Translations under genes and position numbers: made by a program
Notes under the pieces: model-generated
The model's input: only the letters and a program-made list of their open reading frames with translations
Database searches by the model: none
What the model was told of the DNA's origin: nothing
Shown here: positions 9,652-20,021 of the stretch, one piece after another
How the letters are laid out: each line of letters starts with the position of its first letter
How positions within the stretch are numbered: position 1 is the stretch's first letter
IMG/VR virus record: IMGVR_UViG_3300036546_000172
Coordinates: 64,001 to 128,000 of that record
From: a virus
Taxonomy: Duplodnaviria > Caudoviricetes
Reading direction: 5' to 3' (one strand)
DNA: 64,000 bases

Positions 9652-10206
9652 ATGAGTGATAGAGAAGAGTTTGAGGAGTTTGCAAAAGACAGGGGATTGA
9701 GTATTGGTAAGCTGCCGCACGGCGACTACCGACTGTTTAGCACTGGTGAAGCATACGCAGCATGGCAAGCCGCCCGCGCCCAGTGTGGACAGGGAGTGGA
9801 GCCGGTGGCGTGGTGGAACGGCTTCGGCCTACTAACGCGGCACGAAGAGCTGCCGGTTAATCACAGATGGGCCAAAATAATCCCCCTCTACACCCACCCC
9901 CAGCCGGTCGTGCCGGATAAGAAGCCTTTGCCTGATCTGTTTATGGCCTCGTACCACGAGGCTATAGGCTGGAATGCTTGTGTAGACGCGATACTCACCG
10001 CCGCCCAAAGTGGGCAGGGTGTGGAGCCGGTAGAGTTTCAAGACTACGACGCGGGAATGCTTAATGATTGGGGTGGAGGAAATGTGTCTTGGTGGCTGGA
10101 CTATTTGAGGGCCGAGATAGATAGAGCCAACAACCACTGGCGGGAACAGACCGGCCCTCTACCTCTCTACACCCAATCCCAGCCGCCCAAGTCGAAGGAG
10201 GATTGA
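9652..10206 (+). CDS. modular hypothetical protein
   Basis: MSDREEFE, AWQAARAQ, GQGVEPV x2 and PLYT x2 modules. Confidence 0.65.
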   Translation: MSDREEFEEFAKDRGLSIGKLPHGDYRLFSTGEAYAAWQAARAQCGQGVEPVAWWNGFGLLTRHEELPVNHRWAKIIPLYTHPQPVVPDKKPLPDLFMASYHEAIGWNACVDAILTAAQSGQGVEPVEFQDYDAGMLNDWGGGNVSWWLDYLRAEIDRANNHWREQTGPLPLYTQSQPPKSKED

Positions 10207-10685
10207 TTATGTGGGACCACAGGTACAGACAACTGGAAGAAGGCGAAACTGTGCAGGAAGGCGACGAGGTAGAGATAAGTAATGATGGATGGCGCGATCC
10301 GCCGAAGTGGGTGAAGGCTACCGGAAGTATCGGGCACAAAGCTCCCTGCCCACATTATCCGTCACACCGCAAGTTTCGCAGGCTTAAATCTAAAGAGGAC
10401 CGCGACCATGGGTGATCCAGTAATCCGGCGAGTGCGCCGGTCAATCGACGAAGCCAAAAACCGTGGCGGGATGCAGGCAGGAATGCCCAAGGTGACTATT
10501 GATGCAGGTGATGCCGAACGGCTATGCATTGTGACGGAAGCCCTCACCACTACCCAAGCCGAAAACAAGGCGTTGCGGGAGGCTTTGGAAGACGCCTTAG
10601 AGGCATGGAATTACGGGGAGTCGGTTAACCAGACTGACGCTTACGTAAAGGCCCGCGACCTGTTAATAGAGCTGGAGAAAGGATC

Positions 10686-11429
10686 ATGAGTGACAAAACA
10701 GAGTTTGAGAAGCGACTTTCGGTGCCTGAAGACGCTACCTGGAGCGAGAAGAAACAGGGCTACTACTGGAGCAACTATCCGACCGTAGCGCACCCGTTCA
10801 ATGATGACTGGTAAGTGTGGCAGGAGGCACTGGAGTATGTTCGTGATCAGCAGTGGGTGCCATCTGGAATTGATTACGATCGGGCAATTCATCATAACCC
10901 TGACGCAAAAGCATGGGCCGACCTTTTCATGCAGACGTTCCCTCATTGCGGAGCCGATCCTGAGACAATGCACGGCTGGTTTGCCAATTCCATGATGGCG
11001 ATGTATGACCACCTGAAAAACAATCAACCCGCCCAGCAAGGGAGTGTGCCGGATGTAGGTTCGATGGCTGAAGTGCTTGGCGAGTGGGTGCGGAACACTA
11101 CAGGCACCGCTCTTACGCATGTAACCCTTGTTGACATGGTTCGCGTAATGCTTGCCACCACCGCGCCCCAGCCAGGGAGTGATGGCAATAAGCGTCATTG
11201 GTACGCCCTCAGCTACCGAGGCAGAGACCGGGAATCCGGATACACTGCCGACGCAGTTACATATACCGGTTACCCGGAGAATGCTCTGACATTAGCAAGG
11301 ATCCAGGCCGCAAAGGCTGACGCTGGTGTTGACGACAAGGCCGTTCTCGTTTGTGCAACCTACCTCGGGCACATGACCAAAGAGGAGTTCACCGCACAAC
11401 CACCACGGGAGGGCGAAGGTGATGAGTGA
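10686..11429 (+). pseudogene. modular hypothetical gene interrupted by an in-frame TAA at 10812-10814
   Basis: MSDKTEFEK...NDDW*VWQEA continues in frame into ORF 10815-11429. Confidence 0.6.
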
Positions 11430-11898
11430 TTTTAAGAGCTGCGATGAGCTGGTTGAACACTTTGATAACCACACAAAGTACCTAATTGACAGCGACACAT
11501 ACGACATGATCCGTTTTGCATGGGAAGAGGCAAGCTCTGCGGTGCGGGACGAGATTAAAGCCGATCTTGAGCAGACTCAAGCAAGGGTGGCGGAGTTGGA
11601 GTCGATTCTTATCAGGCAACAATGTGAATATGTGAAAGGCCCTGACGGCTTTGAGACATGGAGAGATGCCGCGGTTTCGGAGAGGGCTTGGAGGGTATCA
11701 ATGAAGCCTCTTAATGAAGTTGTAGACCTTGCGCGCGAAGCGATGGACATATTCACCGGACCAAACATGAACGAAAGAAAGCTTTGCGCCGAACTGGTCA
11801 GACTGGATGAATTTTACACCAGAGAGGCTCAGCGCCTCCGTCAACAAGCCGACGAACTAGAGCAACACCCGGATGGTGATGTGCGTCGGAAATGCTAA
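11422..11898 (+). CDS. modular hypothetical protein
   Basis: ATGAGTGA start; AWEEA and ARVAELE modules. Confidence 0.6.
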   Translation: MSDFKSCDELVEHFDNHTKYLIDSDTYDMIRFAWEEASSAVRDEIKADLEQTQARVAELESILIRQQCEYVKGPDGFETWRDAAVSERAWRVSMKPLNEVVDLAREAMDIFTGPNMNERKLCAELVRLDEFYTREAQRLRQQADELEQHPDGDVRRKC

Positions 11899-11990
11899 CC
11901 TTTCCGAGAAAGACATTTACTACTTTGCTTAGAGATGTCACCAATATCTACCGCCAAGTCGATGAAATTGAAAAATATGAGAGGTTAAAA

Positions 11991-12497
11991 ATGAGTTGTA
12001 TTTGGCTGTGTTCTGATTGGCATCTCGGGCATCAAGGTATATCAAAGAAGTTCCGTACTCAGTTCAGTTCTGATGAAGATCACGATCAATTTTTCGTTGA
12101 TGCTTATCACCAAGCTGGTGTCAAGAAACGAGACATAATCTTTATGCTCGGTGATATGGTGATCACTCAACGTGGATTCGATAGCTTGAGTCAGCTACAC
12201 GGTGACAAGAGGATCATTCTAGGTAATCACGACCTGGAACGAGGGTGCAGTCTTGAACAGTTTCAACAACACTTCACTCAAATTCACGGAGCTTTGAAAT
12301 ACAAAGAGTTCTGGATGACTCATATTCCTATTCATCCGAACGAGCTCTTTGGTAAGATTAATCTTCACGGACACGTACACAACAAAACGGTTCAGGATGA
12401 GCGGTATATTAATCTTTGCCCTGAATTCTTAATGGAAGAGTTCGGAACACCGATCATCAAACTACAAGATCTTAGACAATGGTTGAGAACAAGATGA
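11991..12497 (+). CDS. calcineurin-like metallophosphoesterase
   Basis: SDWHLGH, LGD, LGNHD, THIP and HGHVH motifs; GAGG RBS before 11991. Confidence 0.88.
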   Translation: MSCIWLCSDWHLGHQGISKKFRTQFSSDEDHDQFFVDAYHQAGVKKRDIIFMLGDMVITQRGFDSLSQLHGDKRIILGNHDLERGCSLEQFQQHFTQIHGALKYKEFWMTHIPIHPNELFGKINLHGHVHNKTVQDERYINLCPEFLMEEFGTPIIKLQDLRQWLRTR

Positions 12498-12961
12498 GAA
12501 TTTGGATAGATACAGAGTTCAACGGGTTTGGCGGTAAGCTGTTATCCATTGCGCTCGTGGCAGAAGATCAGTCGTATTTGTATGAAGTACTTCCTGCTGC
12601 TATGGAAGAATGTGTTGAATGGGTACAAGAGAACGTGCTGCCTCAGATTAAAGCCGATCCTGAAGGAGGTGAAATAGAATTCTATACTCCGTTGATCACA
12701 GTTAAACACAAGATCTCTGAATTCTTATGCAAATATGACCACGTAGAGATCATTGCTGACTGGCCAGATGATATTCGATATCTGATGGAGCTGCTCATCG
12801 TTGGTCCTGGACTGGCTGTGTCTACTCCTACTATAATGAATCTAACCATAGATCGATCATTGAACGGTCTGTCAATGCTGCCTCATCATGCCTATTTCGA
12901 TGCTGTAGGTAACATGATGCAACAACTGAATAACGAATACGGAACAAAACCTTATGTGTGA
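12494..12961 (+). CDS. DEDD 3'-5' exoribonuclease-like protein
   Basis: IWIDTEFN...SIALV...ADWPDD...HHAYFDA. Confidence 0.75.
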   Translation: MRIWIDTEFNGFGGKLLSIALVAEDQSYLYEVLPAAMEECVEWVQENVLPQIKADPEGGEIEFYTPLITVKHKISEFLCKYDHVEIIADWPDDIRYLMELLIVGPGLAVSTPTIMNLTIDRSLNGLSMLPHHAYFDAVGNMMQQLNNEYGTKPYV

Positions 12962-14027
12962 TAGGATCTTAGTACTTGGAGATATTCATATTGGAGCTAG
13001 AAACAGCTCGCACGTATTTCGTGAATTGTTTCGCAGCTACTTTCGAGATTGTGTGTTTCCATCAGTCAAAGAACGTAAGATTAAGAAGATCATTCAACTG
13101 GGCGACTTTTTCGACAATCGCAACAGCGTGTCTCTGCATGACATCGACTATGTGTTGCGTGAATTCTTGCCTCAGCTTGAAGAGACAGGCGCACACATGT
13201 ACGTTCTGGCTGGCAATCACGACGTAGCCTTCAAGAACACCAACCGCGTACATTCTCTGTCTATTCTCGAAACATCTCCTAGTGTCACGATTGTTCATGA
13301 CCATGTAGAATCGATCCGTACTGAGTCTAAGACGTTCGTTCTATGTCCGTGGATCAACAACGAGAATGAAGAGCAGTTGATGGAGGACTTGAAGGCGTAC
13401 GCTACGAAGAATCACATCTTGTGTGGTCACTTTGAGTTCGAAGGCATGCGCATGAACAAGACATCCAAACCATGCGAACATGGACTTAATCCAAAAGACT
13501 TTAAGAAATACGATCGTGTGATCAGCGGTCACTTCCATCATCCGTCTACGTATGGTAATGTAAGCTACATGGGATCGGTGTTTCATCTGACGTGGCAAGA
13601 TCACGACGATTCCAAGTTCATCTACATCTATGATACTAACACCGATGAGTTCGAACCGATTGAGAATCCGTACTCGCTCTATACTCAGATTGATTATCAC
13701 GAGTGTAACATGACCGACGATGAGCTGTCTGATGAATGTCGTGGTAAGTTTGTACGCATCATCATAGATCAAGAGTACAAGCGCGTGGAGCTCAAGGATC
13801 TGATTCATCGTATTGAGAAGGTCAAGCCTCTGTCTGTAGATGTCATTGATAACACGATCCTAGATGTACAAGTTAATGATACCTCAGAGGTTGAACTATC
13901 TGACTCTAAGGATATCAAAGACTACGTGGATGAGTTCTTAAAAGACTCTGAGAGTAAAAGCACTCTGGTATCTATGTTCGATGAGATCTATACTGAAGCT
14001 CAGCAACGTATGAAAGAGATTGAATAA
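12954..14027 (+). CDS. 47: recombination endonuclease subunit gp47 (Mre11/SbcD-like)
   Basis: GDIHIG, LGDFFD, AGNHD and SGHFH; directly upstream of gp46. Confidence 0.93.
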   Translation: MCDRILVLGDIHIGARNSSHVFRELFRSYFRDCVFPSVKERKIKKIIQLGDFFDNRNSVSLHDIDYVLREFLPQLEETGAHMYVLAGNHDVAFKNTNRVHSLSILETSPSVTIVHDHVESIRTESKTFVLCPWINNENEEQLMEDLKAYATKNHILCGHFEFEGMRMNKTSKPCEHGLNPKDFKKYDRVISGHFHHPSTYGNVSYMGSVFHLTWQDHDDSKFIYIYDTNTDEFEPIENPYSLYTQIDYHECNMTDDELSDECRGKFVRIIIDQEYKRVELKDLIHRIEKVKPLSVDVIDNTILDVQVNDTSEVELSDSKDIKDYVDEFLKDSESKSTLVSMFDEIYTEAQQRMKEIE

Positions 14028-15727
14028 TGCCTTATTTCACGTCATTAGAATACAAGAACATCCAGAGCGTCGGTAATCACCCAGTTAAGATTCAACTGGA
14101 TCGCAGCCCCAATACGCTAATAGGCGGTCCTAACGGAGCGGGAAAAAGCACCATGCTTTACGCGTTCGCCTACTCATTATTCGGTAAGTTTCCATCAGGT
14201 GCTAAACTGGCTGATGCGATCAACAGCGTCAATAAGAAGAATCTGCTGGTGACTATAGAGTTCTCCGAGCGTGGAGATAATTACCGTGTCGTCCGAGGTG
14301 AGAAGCCCAAGAAGTTCGAGATCTATAAGAACGATGAGCTTGTAGATCAACAGGCTAACTCACGTGATCAACAGAAGATGCTTGAAATCATACTGGGCAT
14401 GGACTACAAGACGTTCACTCAGATCGTCATGCTCAATAAAGAACGGTACGTTCCGTTCATGGAGATGAACGCAGCCGAACGACGGAAGGTGATCGAGGAT
14501 ATACTAGGCATCTCTATCTTCTCAGAGATGAATGAGGTGTTGAAAGTTAGGCTCAAAGATAGCCAAAGAGAGTTGGCTAACATCGAGCGTCAAATCGAGG
14601 TTAAGACTACTGAGCTTCAAGGTCAACAGAGACTGGTCAATCAGATTCAAGACAGCATGAAGGTTGCGTCTGCTAATAACCAGACTAAAATAGATGAGCT
14701 CAAGGTCAGTATCGTCGATCTGAAGCAGCAGAAGCAAGATCTAGAATCACAACTCAGTAAGCTATCTACTGACGGTCATGACAGCATTAAGAAGCAGAAA
14801 CGTGAATTTGAGACTCTAGCTATACAATTTGAGCAGAAGATCAACAATGCTAAGAAGAACTCATCGTTCTTTGAGCTGAACGATCACTGTCCTACGTGTG
14901 GTCAAGATATTGATGATGCGTTAAAGCATGATAAGAAGCATGAGTGTGATATCGAGGTTCAAAAGATACAGGACGTAGTAGCTGAGATGATGGTCGAGCT
15001 TGAATCTGTGATCAAGCAGGATGCTCATTACAAAGACATCATCGAACATCAACAGAAGATCAATACTGAGCTGAACAGTATCAATTTTGAAATACGATCG
15101 GTTACGTCACAGTTAAACAGCTATTTGAAAGAAAGCACATCTATTGATCAGCAAGAAAAACTTGATGAGGCTGTGTCAGAGTACAACAGCCTTGAATCGC
15201 ACATCAGTGAACTGAGACAGCATTATACTGATAGTGATAAGCAGAACGACGTACTGGAGTCTATGAAGGCTGTATTAAAGGATGATGGTGTAAAGGCGAT
15301 CATTATCCAAGAGTATATGGCTCTGATGAATCGTAAGGTTAATGAATATCTTCAAGCTATGAACTTCTATATCAATATGACACTTGATGAGAACTTCAAA
15401 GAGACGTTCGGTGCCATGCATAAAGAGAAGTTCACGATGAACAATCTATCCACGGGACAGAAAGCTCGTGTCAACATAGCGATATGGTTGGCGTTGCTTG
15501 AGGTGGCTGCGATCAAGAACAGTGTGGTCTCTAACGTAATCCTAATGGATGAGATTCTCGAGAACGTAGACTCTGAAGGGGTCAAAGATGTGATGAACCT
15601 ATTCAAGGAGAAACTCAGTGACAAGAACATCTTCTTGATCACTCAGCGCTTTGATGAGTTTGAAGATCTGTTCAGGTCATCTATTAAGTTCAAACTGAAC
15701 CAAGGCTTCACAGAGATGTGTAACTGA
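14027..15727 (+). CDS. 46: recombination ATPase subunit gp46 (Rad50/SbcC-like)
   Basis: GPNGAGKS, CPTC zinc hook, LSTGQ signature and LMDE. Confidence 0.95.
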   Translation: MPYFTSLEYKNIQSVGNHPVKIQLDRSPNTLIGGPNGAGKSTMLYAFAYSLFGKFPSGAKLADAINSVNKKNLLVTIEFSERGDNYRVVRGEKPKKFEIYKNDELVDQQANSRDQQKMLEIILGMDYKTFTQIVMLNKERYVPFMEMNAAERRKVIEDILGISIFSEMNEVLKVRLKDSQRELANIERQIEVKTTELQGQQRLVNQIQDSMKVASANNQTKIDELKVSIVDLKQQKQDLESQLSKLSTDGHDSIKKQKREFETLAIQFEQKINNAKKNSSFFELNDHCPTCGQDIDDALKHDKKHECDIEVQKIQDVVAEMMVELESVIKQDAHYKDIIEHQQKINTELNSINFEIRSVTSQLNSYLKESTSIDQQEKLDEAVSEYNSLESHISELRQHYTDSDKQNDVLESMKAVLKDDGVKAIIIQEYMALMNRKVNEYLQAMNFYINMTLDENFKETFGAMHKEKFTMNNLSTGQKARVNIAIWLALLEVAAIKNSVVSNVILMDEILENVDSEGVKDVMNLFKEKLSDKNIFLITQRFDEFEDLFRSSIKFKLNQGFTEMCN

Positions 15728-15794
15728 CGTCGAGTTGATTTAAAGTTGTTATCTATATACAATGAAAACACTATTCATTATTTGAGGTTATATC

Positions 15795-17051
15795 ATGGAT
15801 TCTTATAGACAAGCTCTTCAGTACTGCCGAGATGGTTTGTTAAAAATGACAGACGATGGCGAGGGTCATCGTCTGTTCTGCTACACCAAGTCTTGCTTTT
15901 TTGGTAAAGATACATGGGACGATGTCACTAAGACTCATCGCGGCAAGCTGTACTATGAGAACAAGCCCGTTAATCACCCATTCACTAAGATCTTTAACGT
16001 AGATGAAGTTACAGAGACTGAGCATAACCTCATCTACAATCGCATGCAGAATGAACCATACGAGATCCTAGATAAGGCTAATGGACATTTGTTCATAGTA
16101 TCGATGTTCCAGGACTCCAAAGGTGAGCAGCACGTGGTATTCTCTACCAAGGGCTCAATGCCGAACCCCGAGAACGATCTACTGAATGATGACATTCGTA
16201 TATTCGCTCACAAATACTCAGAACAACTGGATAAGCTGTGTTTTGTGATGCCTAATGTTACATTGATGTTTGAGGCTATCGTCGCTCATGATAAGCACTC
16301 AATGTATGATCTGCAGGTCGAGCAGTATGGATCTGAAAACGACTTTGTTCTGCTCGGTGCTGCAATCAACCTAGGACGCGAGCACATCGACCTCGGTAAC
16401 GAAGATGAGTTAAAGAACATCCAGCATTCAGAGCACAATACAACTACACTGGCTGACTATCCGTGGGTAGAAAGTGATTGGCACCAATTGTTGAAGCTAT
16501 CACATTTCATCGGTTGTCCTGTTGTCCATTGCTACGATTTCATTGAAGGCTCACCTGAGACCTGGAAAGAGCATACTGATCGTGAAGGTTATGTGATTCG
16601 TTTCCTGACAGATAACGCAAGAGTTAAGATCAAGACTACTGAATATTGGAAGAATCGATTCAAAAAAGATCTGACACCTGAGGTATTATTATCTACGTTC
16701 GCTAAAGGCGGAGCTGCATTGATGCAGGAGAAGATCGCTAACAAATGCATTGCTAAAATCGAAAGTTATTTCATCTCATGGTACATGGATGATCTGATTC
16801 GATGGAAATCTGAAGTGCTGCCATACCTGAAACAGAAGAACAATCAATTGTCATCTAAAGATCGCAAATGGCTGTTCACTGAATCCTACTTCTGCAGTTT
16901 CCAGCGTCAATACATTGCAGCGATAGTAGATGGTAAGAATCTGGATATCACACAGAACAAAACTCTGCGTCAGATGTTCGTAGATGATGTAGCTCTTGAG
17001 CGTGCAGATATCAAACAATCGCTTGAACAGATTGTAGTGAATGCTCTATAA
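15795..17051 (+). CDS. RNA ligase, Rnl1-like
   Basis: PFTKIFNVDE, DKANG (motif I), STKGS, MFE and EGYV...VKIK. Confidence 0.8.
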   Translation: MDSYRQALQYCRDGLLKMTDDGEGHRLFCYTKSCFFGKDTWDDVTKTHRGKLYYENKPVNHPFTKIFNVDEVTETEHNLIYNRMQNEPYEILDKANGHLFIVSMFQDSKGEQHVVFSTKGSMPNPENDLLNDDIRIFAHKYSEQLDKLCFVMPNVTLMFEAIVAHDKHSMYDLQVEQYGSENDFVLLGAAINLGREHIDLGNEDELKNIQHSEHNTTTLADYPWVESDWHQLLKLSHFIGCPVVHCYDFIEGSPETWKEHTDREGYVIRFLTDNARVKIKTTEYWKNRFKKDLTPEVLLSTFAKGGAALMQEKIANKCIAKIESYFISWYMDDLIRWKSEVLPYLKQKNNQLSSKDRKWLFTESYFCSFQRQYIAAIVDGKNLDITQNKTLRQMFVDDVALERADIKQSLEQIVVNAL

Positions 17052-17054
17052 TGA

Positions 17055-17579
17055 ATGAAACGTGAGGACATAACTATGATATTTTTAATGAGAGCTACCA
17101 CTTGTTCAGGCAAGAGCACATTCATTGCTCAAAACTTTCCTAATTCAAATGCAGTATTCTCATCAGATGATTTCCGTGAGATGCTGACCGGTGATAGGAC
17201 AAATCAGCAGTTCAATAAGCGAGTGTTTGAGATCATGCATTCGATTATTGACTTCCGTCTGCACAATCGAGCTGAATACACAGTGTATGATGCTACTAAT
17301 CTGCGCATTCGTGATGCTTCAATGATGATCGAATTGTCCAAGAAACATCAGATTCCATTGACGGTGATTTCAATCGAACCTCCTACACTGGATGAACTGA
17401 TCAGACGCAACCGCATTCGTAATAACGAGACTGGATTCAACGTACCTCAGAATGTGATAGAGAAGCATCTTCATCGATACTATGAGTGTATGGATCCTTT
17501 CTTGGAGGAGAGTAAAAATAATCTTCTGTTCAAGTTTATTGAGATAAACCAAGATCATGAGGTGATTCGTGAAGTATAG
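17055..17579 (+). CDS. polynucleotide kinase (AAA_33 family)
   Basis: CSGKST, SSDDFR and YDATNL. Confidence 0.85.
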   Translation: MKREDITMIFLMRATTCSGKSTFIAQNFPNSNAVFSSDDFREMLTGDRTNQQFNKRVFEIMHSIIDFRLHNRAEYTVYDATNLRIRDASMMIELSKKHQIPLTVISIEPPTLDELIRRNRIRNNETGFNVPQNVIEKHLHRYYECMDPFLEESKNNLLFKFIEINQDHEVIREV

Positions 17580-18330
17580 TCCAATACATTCACAATCTGT
17601 GACTATGGGTCATCACATACGCACGTTTGGTCAAGATGTGTGGATTATTGGTGACGTACATGGATGCTATCGTGAGTTTAGAGATCTGTGTCATCAGATC
17701 AGACGTCTAAATTCACAAGCTATCATTATACAACTGGGTGATCTCATCGATCGAGGACCTGGGATGTCTCAAGTGTTTGATGTGATTGAAGATTATAATG
17801 TGATATGCACCATTGGAAACCATGAGTTGAACTTTCTGATGGAGCATGATGGAGTCAAGCGATGCAACAGCAAAGCACGACACATCAATCATGATCGCAT
17901 GGCTTCATACTCCATCGGTGAACAAGATCGTATCTTAACTCACCTGCGAAGCATGTATAATGTCATAGTGGTAGATATTGAGCTCAAAACAGGTGAAATC
18001 GAGCGCTGGTGTCTATCACACGCTCCGGTCAAAGGGTATGAGCAGGCCTGGCCTTTCCATGGTCTGCAATCACGCAATGCCTGGACCTATTGCTCACGCA
18101 CAGAGCCTTATGATGAGACTTACCTACACAGTGATGACAGAGCCGCTCACGGACATCAGCATTGGAACTATATTCCAATTGAGGATCAGATTGCTCAGAT
18201 ATTAGCTGGTGAGAGAAAAACATTGAACGTGGATGGAGGCTGTGTGTACGGCGGTGAACTAGCGGCTGTTAATCTCAACAGTCTATTTGCATTAAAAATC
18301 GGTGCATATGAGAGTTACTGGAAACAGTGA
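17569..18330 (+). CDS. metallophosphoesterase (Pnkp-type phosphatase)
   Basis: GDVHG, GDLIDRG, GNHE, HGH and DGGCVYGG. Confidence 0.88.
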   Translation: MKYSPIHSQSVTMGHHIRTFGQDVWIIGDVHGCYREFRDLCHQIRRLNSQAIIIQLGDLIDRGPGMSQVFDVIEDYNVICTIGNHELNFLMEHDGVKRCNSKARHINHDRMASYSIGEQDRILTHLRSMYNVIVVDIELKTGEIERWCLSHAPVKGYEQAWPFHGLQSRNAWTYCSRTEPYDETYLHSDDRAAHGHQHWNYIPIEDQIAQILAGERKTLNVDGGCVYGGELAAVNLNSLFALKIGAYESYWKQ

Positions 18331-18373
18331 CCTATATCATGTACAATAGTGTTCTTTATAACAGAGGTGAACT

Positions 18374-19075
18374 ATGAAATTGAATCTTAGCAAGCAAACC
18401 ATCGATACATTGAAGAAAGTGTATGAAGTCAACCAAGGCATCAAGTTCGTAGAAGGTGACAAGACTCTCAAAGTCAAATCCACTGATAACACGCTGCTGA
18501 TGCATGCGCCTATCGACGAAGAGTTTCCACGTGATTTCTACGTGTATAACCTTCGTGAGTTTCTGTCTGTGTTGTCTATCATTGAGGATCCGACTCTGGA
18601 TTTTTCAAATGATCAGTTTATGACTGTGACATCCAAAGACGGTAAGCAGAAGCTGCGCTACCTGGAATCAGATCCACAATTTGTCACATCATACACAGAC
18701 AAAGAGCCTCGTGTACCGTCTACGGAGTTTATTGCTGATGTGACAGCTGATCAATTTGCATCGGTAATGAAAGCTGCTCAAACCATGCGATTGGAATTCG
18801 TAGGCTTTGTCTGCGATGGCAGCACAATCACCTTGACAGCATTCAATCGCAATAACGGTGATCAAGCCATCACCAATAACTTTGCCATTGAAATGGGAGA
18901 TCACGACACTCCGTTTGAAATGTTCTACAAATTGGATTCTCAGAACATTGGTGTACTGCTCGGTGAGGGTGATTTGTCATTTGAGGTCTCTGAGAAGAAG
19001 ATCAGCAAGGTGTCAACCGACAGTGGTAAGACTTTCTGGATCGCCATGAACGCTAATTCCAAGTACGGTGAATAA
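18374..19075 (+). CDS. 45: sliding clamp gp45
   Basis: Similar to T4-type clamps (LSKQTIDTLK...NQGI; FYVYNLREFLSVL); upstream of gp44. Confidence 0.9.
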   Translation: MKLNLSKQTIDTLKKVYEVNQGIKFVEGDKTLKVKSTDNTLLMHAPIDEEFPRDFYVYNLREFLSVLSIIEDPTLDFSNDQFMTVTSKDGKQKLRYLESDPQFVTSYTDKEPRVPSTEFIADVTADQFASVMKAAQTMRLEFVGFVCDGSTITLTAFNRNNGDQAITNNFAIEMGDHDTPFEMFYKLDSQNIGVLLGEGDLSFEVSEKKISKVSTDSGKTFWIAMNANSKYGE

Positions 19076-20021
19076 TATGGATTTTGATGCAACACAATCT
19101 TTATGGGTTGAAAAGTACAGACCGCGAACCATTGATGCTTGCATTCTGAAACAGAGCACGAAGGTTGAAGCCAAGAGCATGGTGAAGGAGGGTAAGATTC
19201 AGAATTGTCTGTTCTACGGCCCTCCTGGTACAGGCAAGACTACACTGGCTCGTGCTCTGTGTAATGAGCTGGATATCGACTACATGATCATTAACGCGTC
19301 TAATGAACGCGGCTTGGATGTTATCCGTGAGAAGATCACAAGCTTCGCCTCTACTGTCTCTATGTCTGGTAATGGTAAGTGCTTCATTCTAGATGAGGCT
19401 GATCACCTGCTTCCCAATACTCAGGCAGCTCTGCGCGGGGCAGCAGAAGAGTTCTCTAAGTCATGCTCGTTTATTATGACAGCCAACTATCCTAACCGGA
19501 TTATCCCGGCGCTGCATTCACGATTTGTAGGAGTGGATTTTGGTGTAGATAAGGCTGAAATGGATCAGATGCAGGCTCAATTCTTCATGCGAGTGATTGA
19601 GATCCTGGAGAATGAAGACATCGAATATGATGAGGCTGTATTAGCTGCTGTCATTCAGAAACACTTTCCTGACAATCGCAAGATCCTAGGTCTGTTACAG
19701 CAGTATGGTCGTCATGGTAAGATTGACGAAGGTATTCTGATGATGATGGAGGAGGTGTCTATTGATAACCTGCTCACATCTATCAAGAGCAAAAAGTTCA
19801 AACAGATCGTACAATGGGCTGAAGACAATAAGGACAACGATACATCTACAGTCTATGACAAGATCTATAAGGCGTTGAAGCAATGGATCGAGCCATCATC
19901 TGTACCGGATGCTATTATGATCTTAGAAGAGTACCAGCGTCACGATTCTATTGTACCTAGCAAAGAATTGCATCTGGCGGCTATGTGTACTGAGCTCATG
20001 ACTACTGTGGACTTTAAGTAA
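19068..20021 (+). CDS. 44: clamp loader large subunit gp44
   Basis: LWVEKYRP, GPPGTGKT, DEAD and SRF. Confidence 0.95.
   Translation: MNNMDFDATQSLWVEKYRPRTIDACILKQSTKVEAKSMVKEGKIQNCLFYGPPGTGKTTLARALCNELDIDYMIINASNERGLDVIREKITSFASTVSMSGNGKCFILDEADHLLPNTQAALRGAAEEFSKSCSFIMTANYPNRIIPALHSRFVGVDFGVDKAEMDQMQAQFFMRVIEILENEDIEYDEAVLAAVIQKHFPDNRKILGLLQQYGRHGKIDEGILMMMEEVSIDNLLTSIKSKKFKQIVQWAEDNKDNDTSTVYDKIYKALKQWIEPSSVPDAIMILEEYQRHDSIVPSKELHLAAMCTELMTTVDFK

Larger units (their letters stand above)
8285..11898 (+). repeat. patch of about 12 short, tightly overlapping ORFs built from shared sequence modules (Ea22/Ead-like accessory region)
   Basis: Repeated modules: cacaaccaccac(a/g)ggaggg x3, gcatggcaagccgcccgcgcc x2, cagcaagggagtgt x2, ggagccggt x2, ATGAGTGA starts x5; visibly GC-richer than flanks. 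Confidence 0.75.

Noticed and set aside
8285-11898. CRISPR array or diversity-generating retroelement as the source of the repeats
   Set aside because: The repeats are irregularly spaced, of several kinds and protein-coding; there is no reverse transcriptase, cas gene or adenine-specific TR/VR pair in the window
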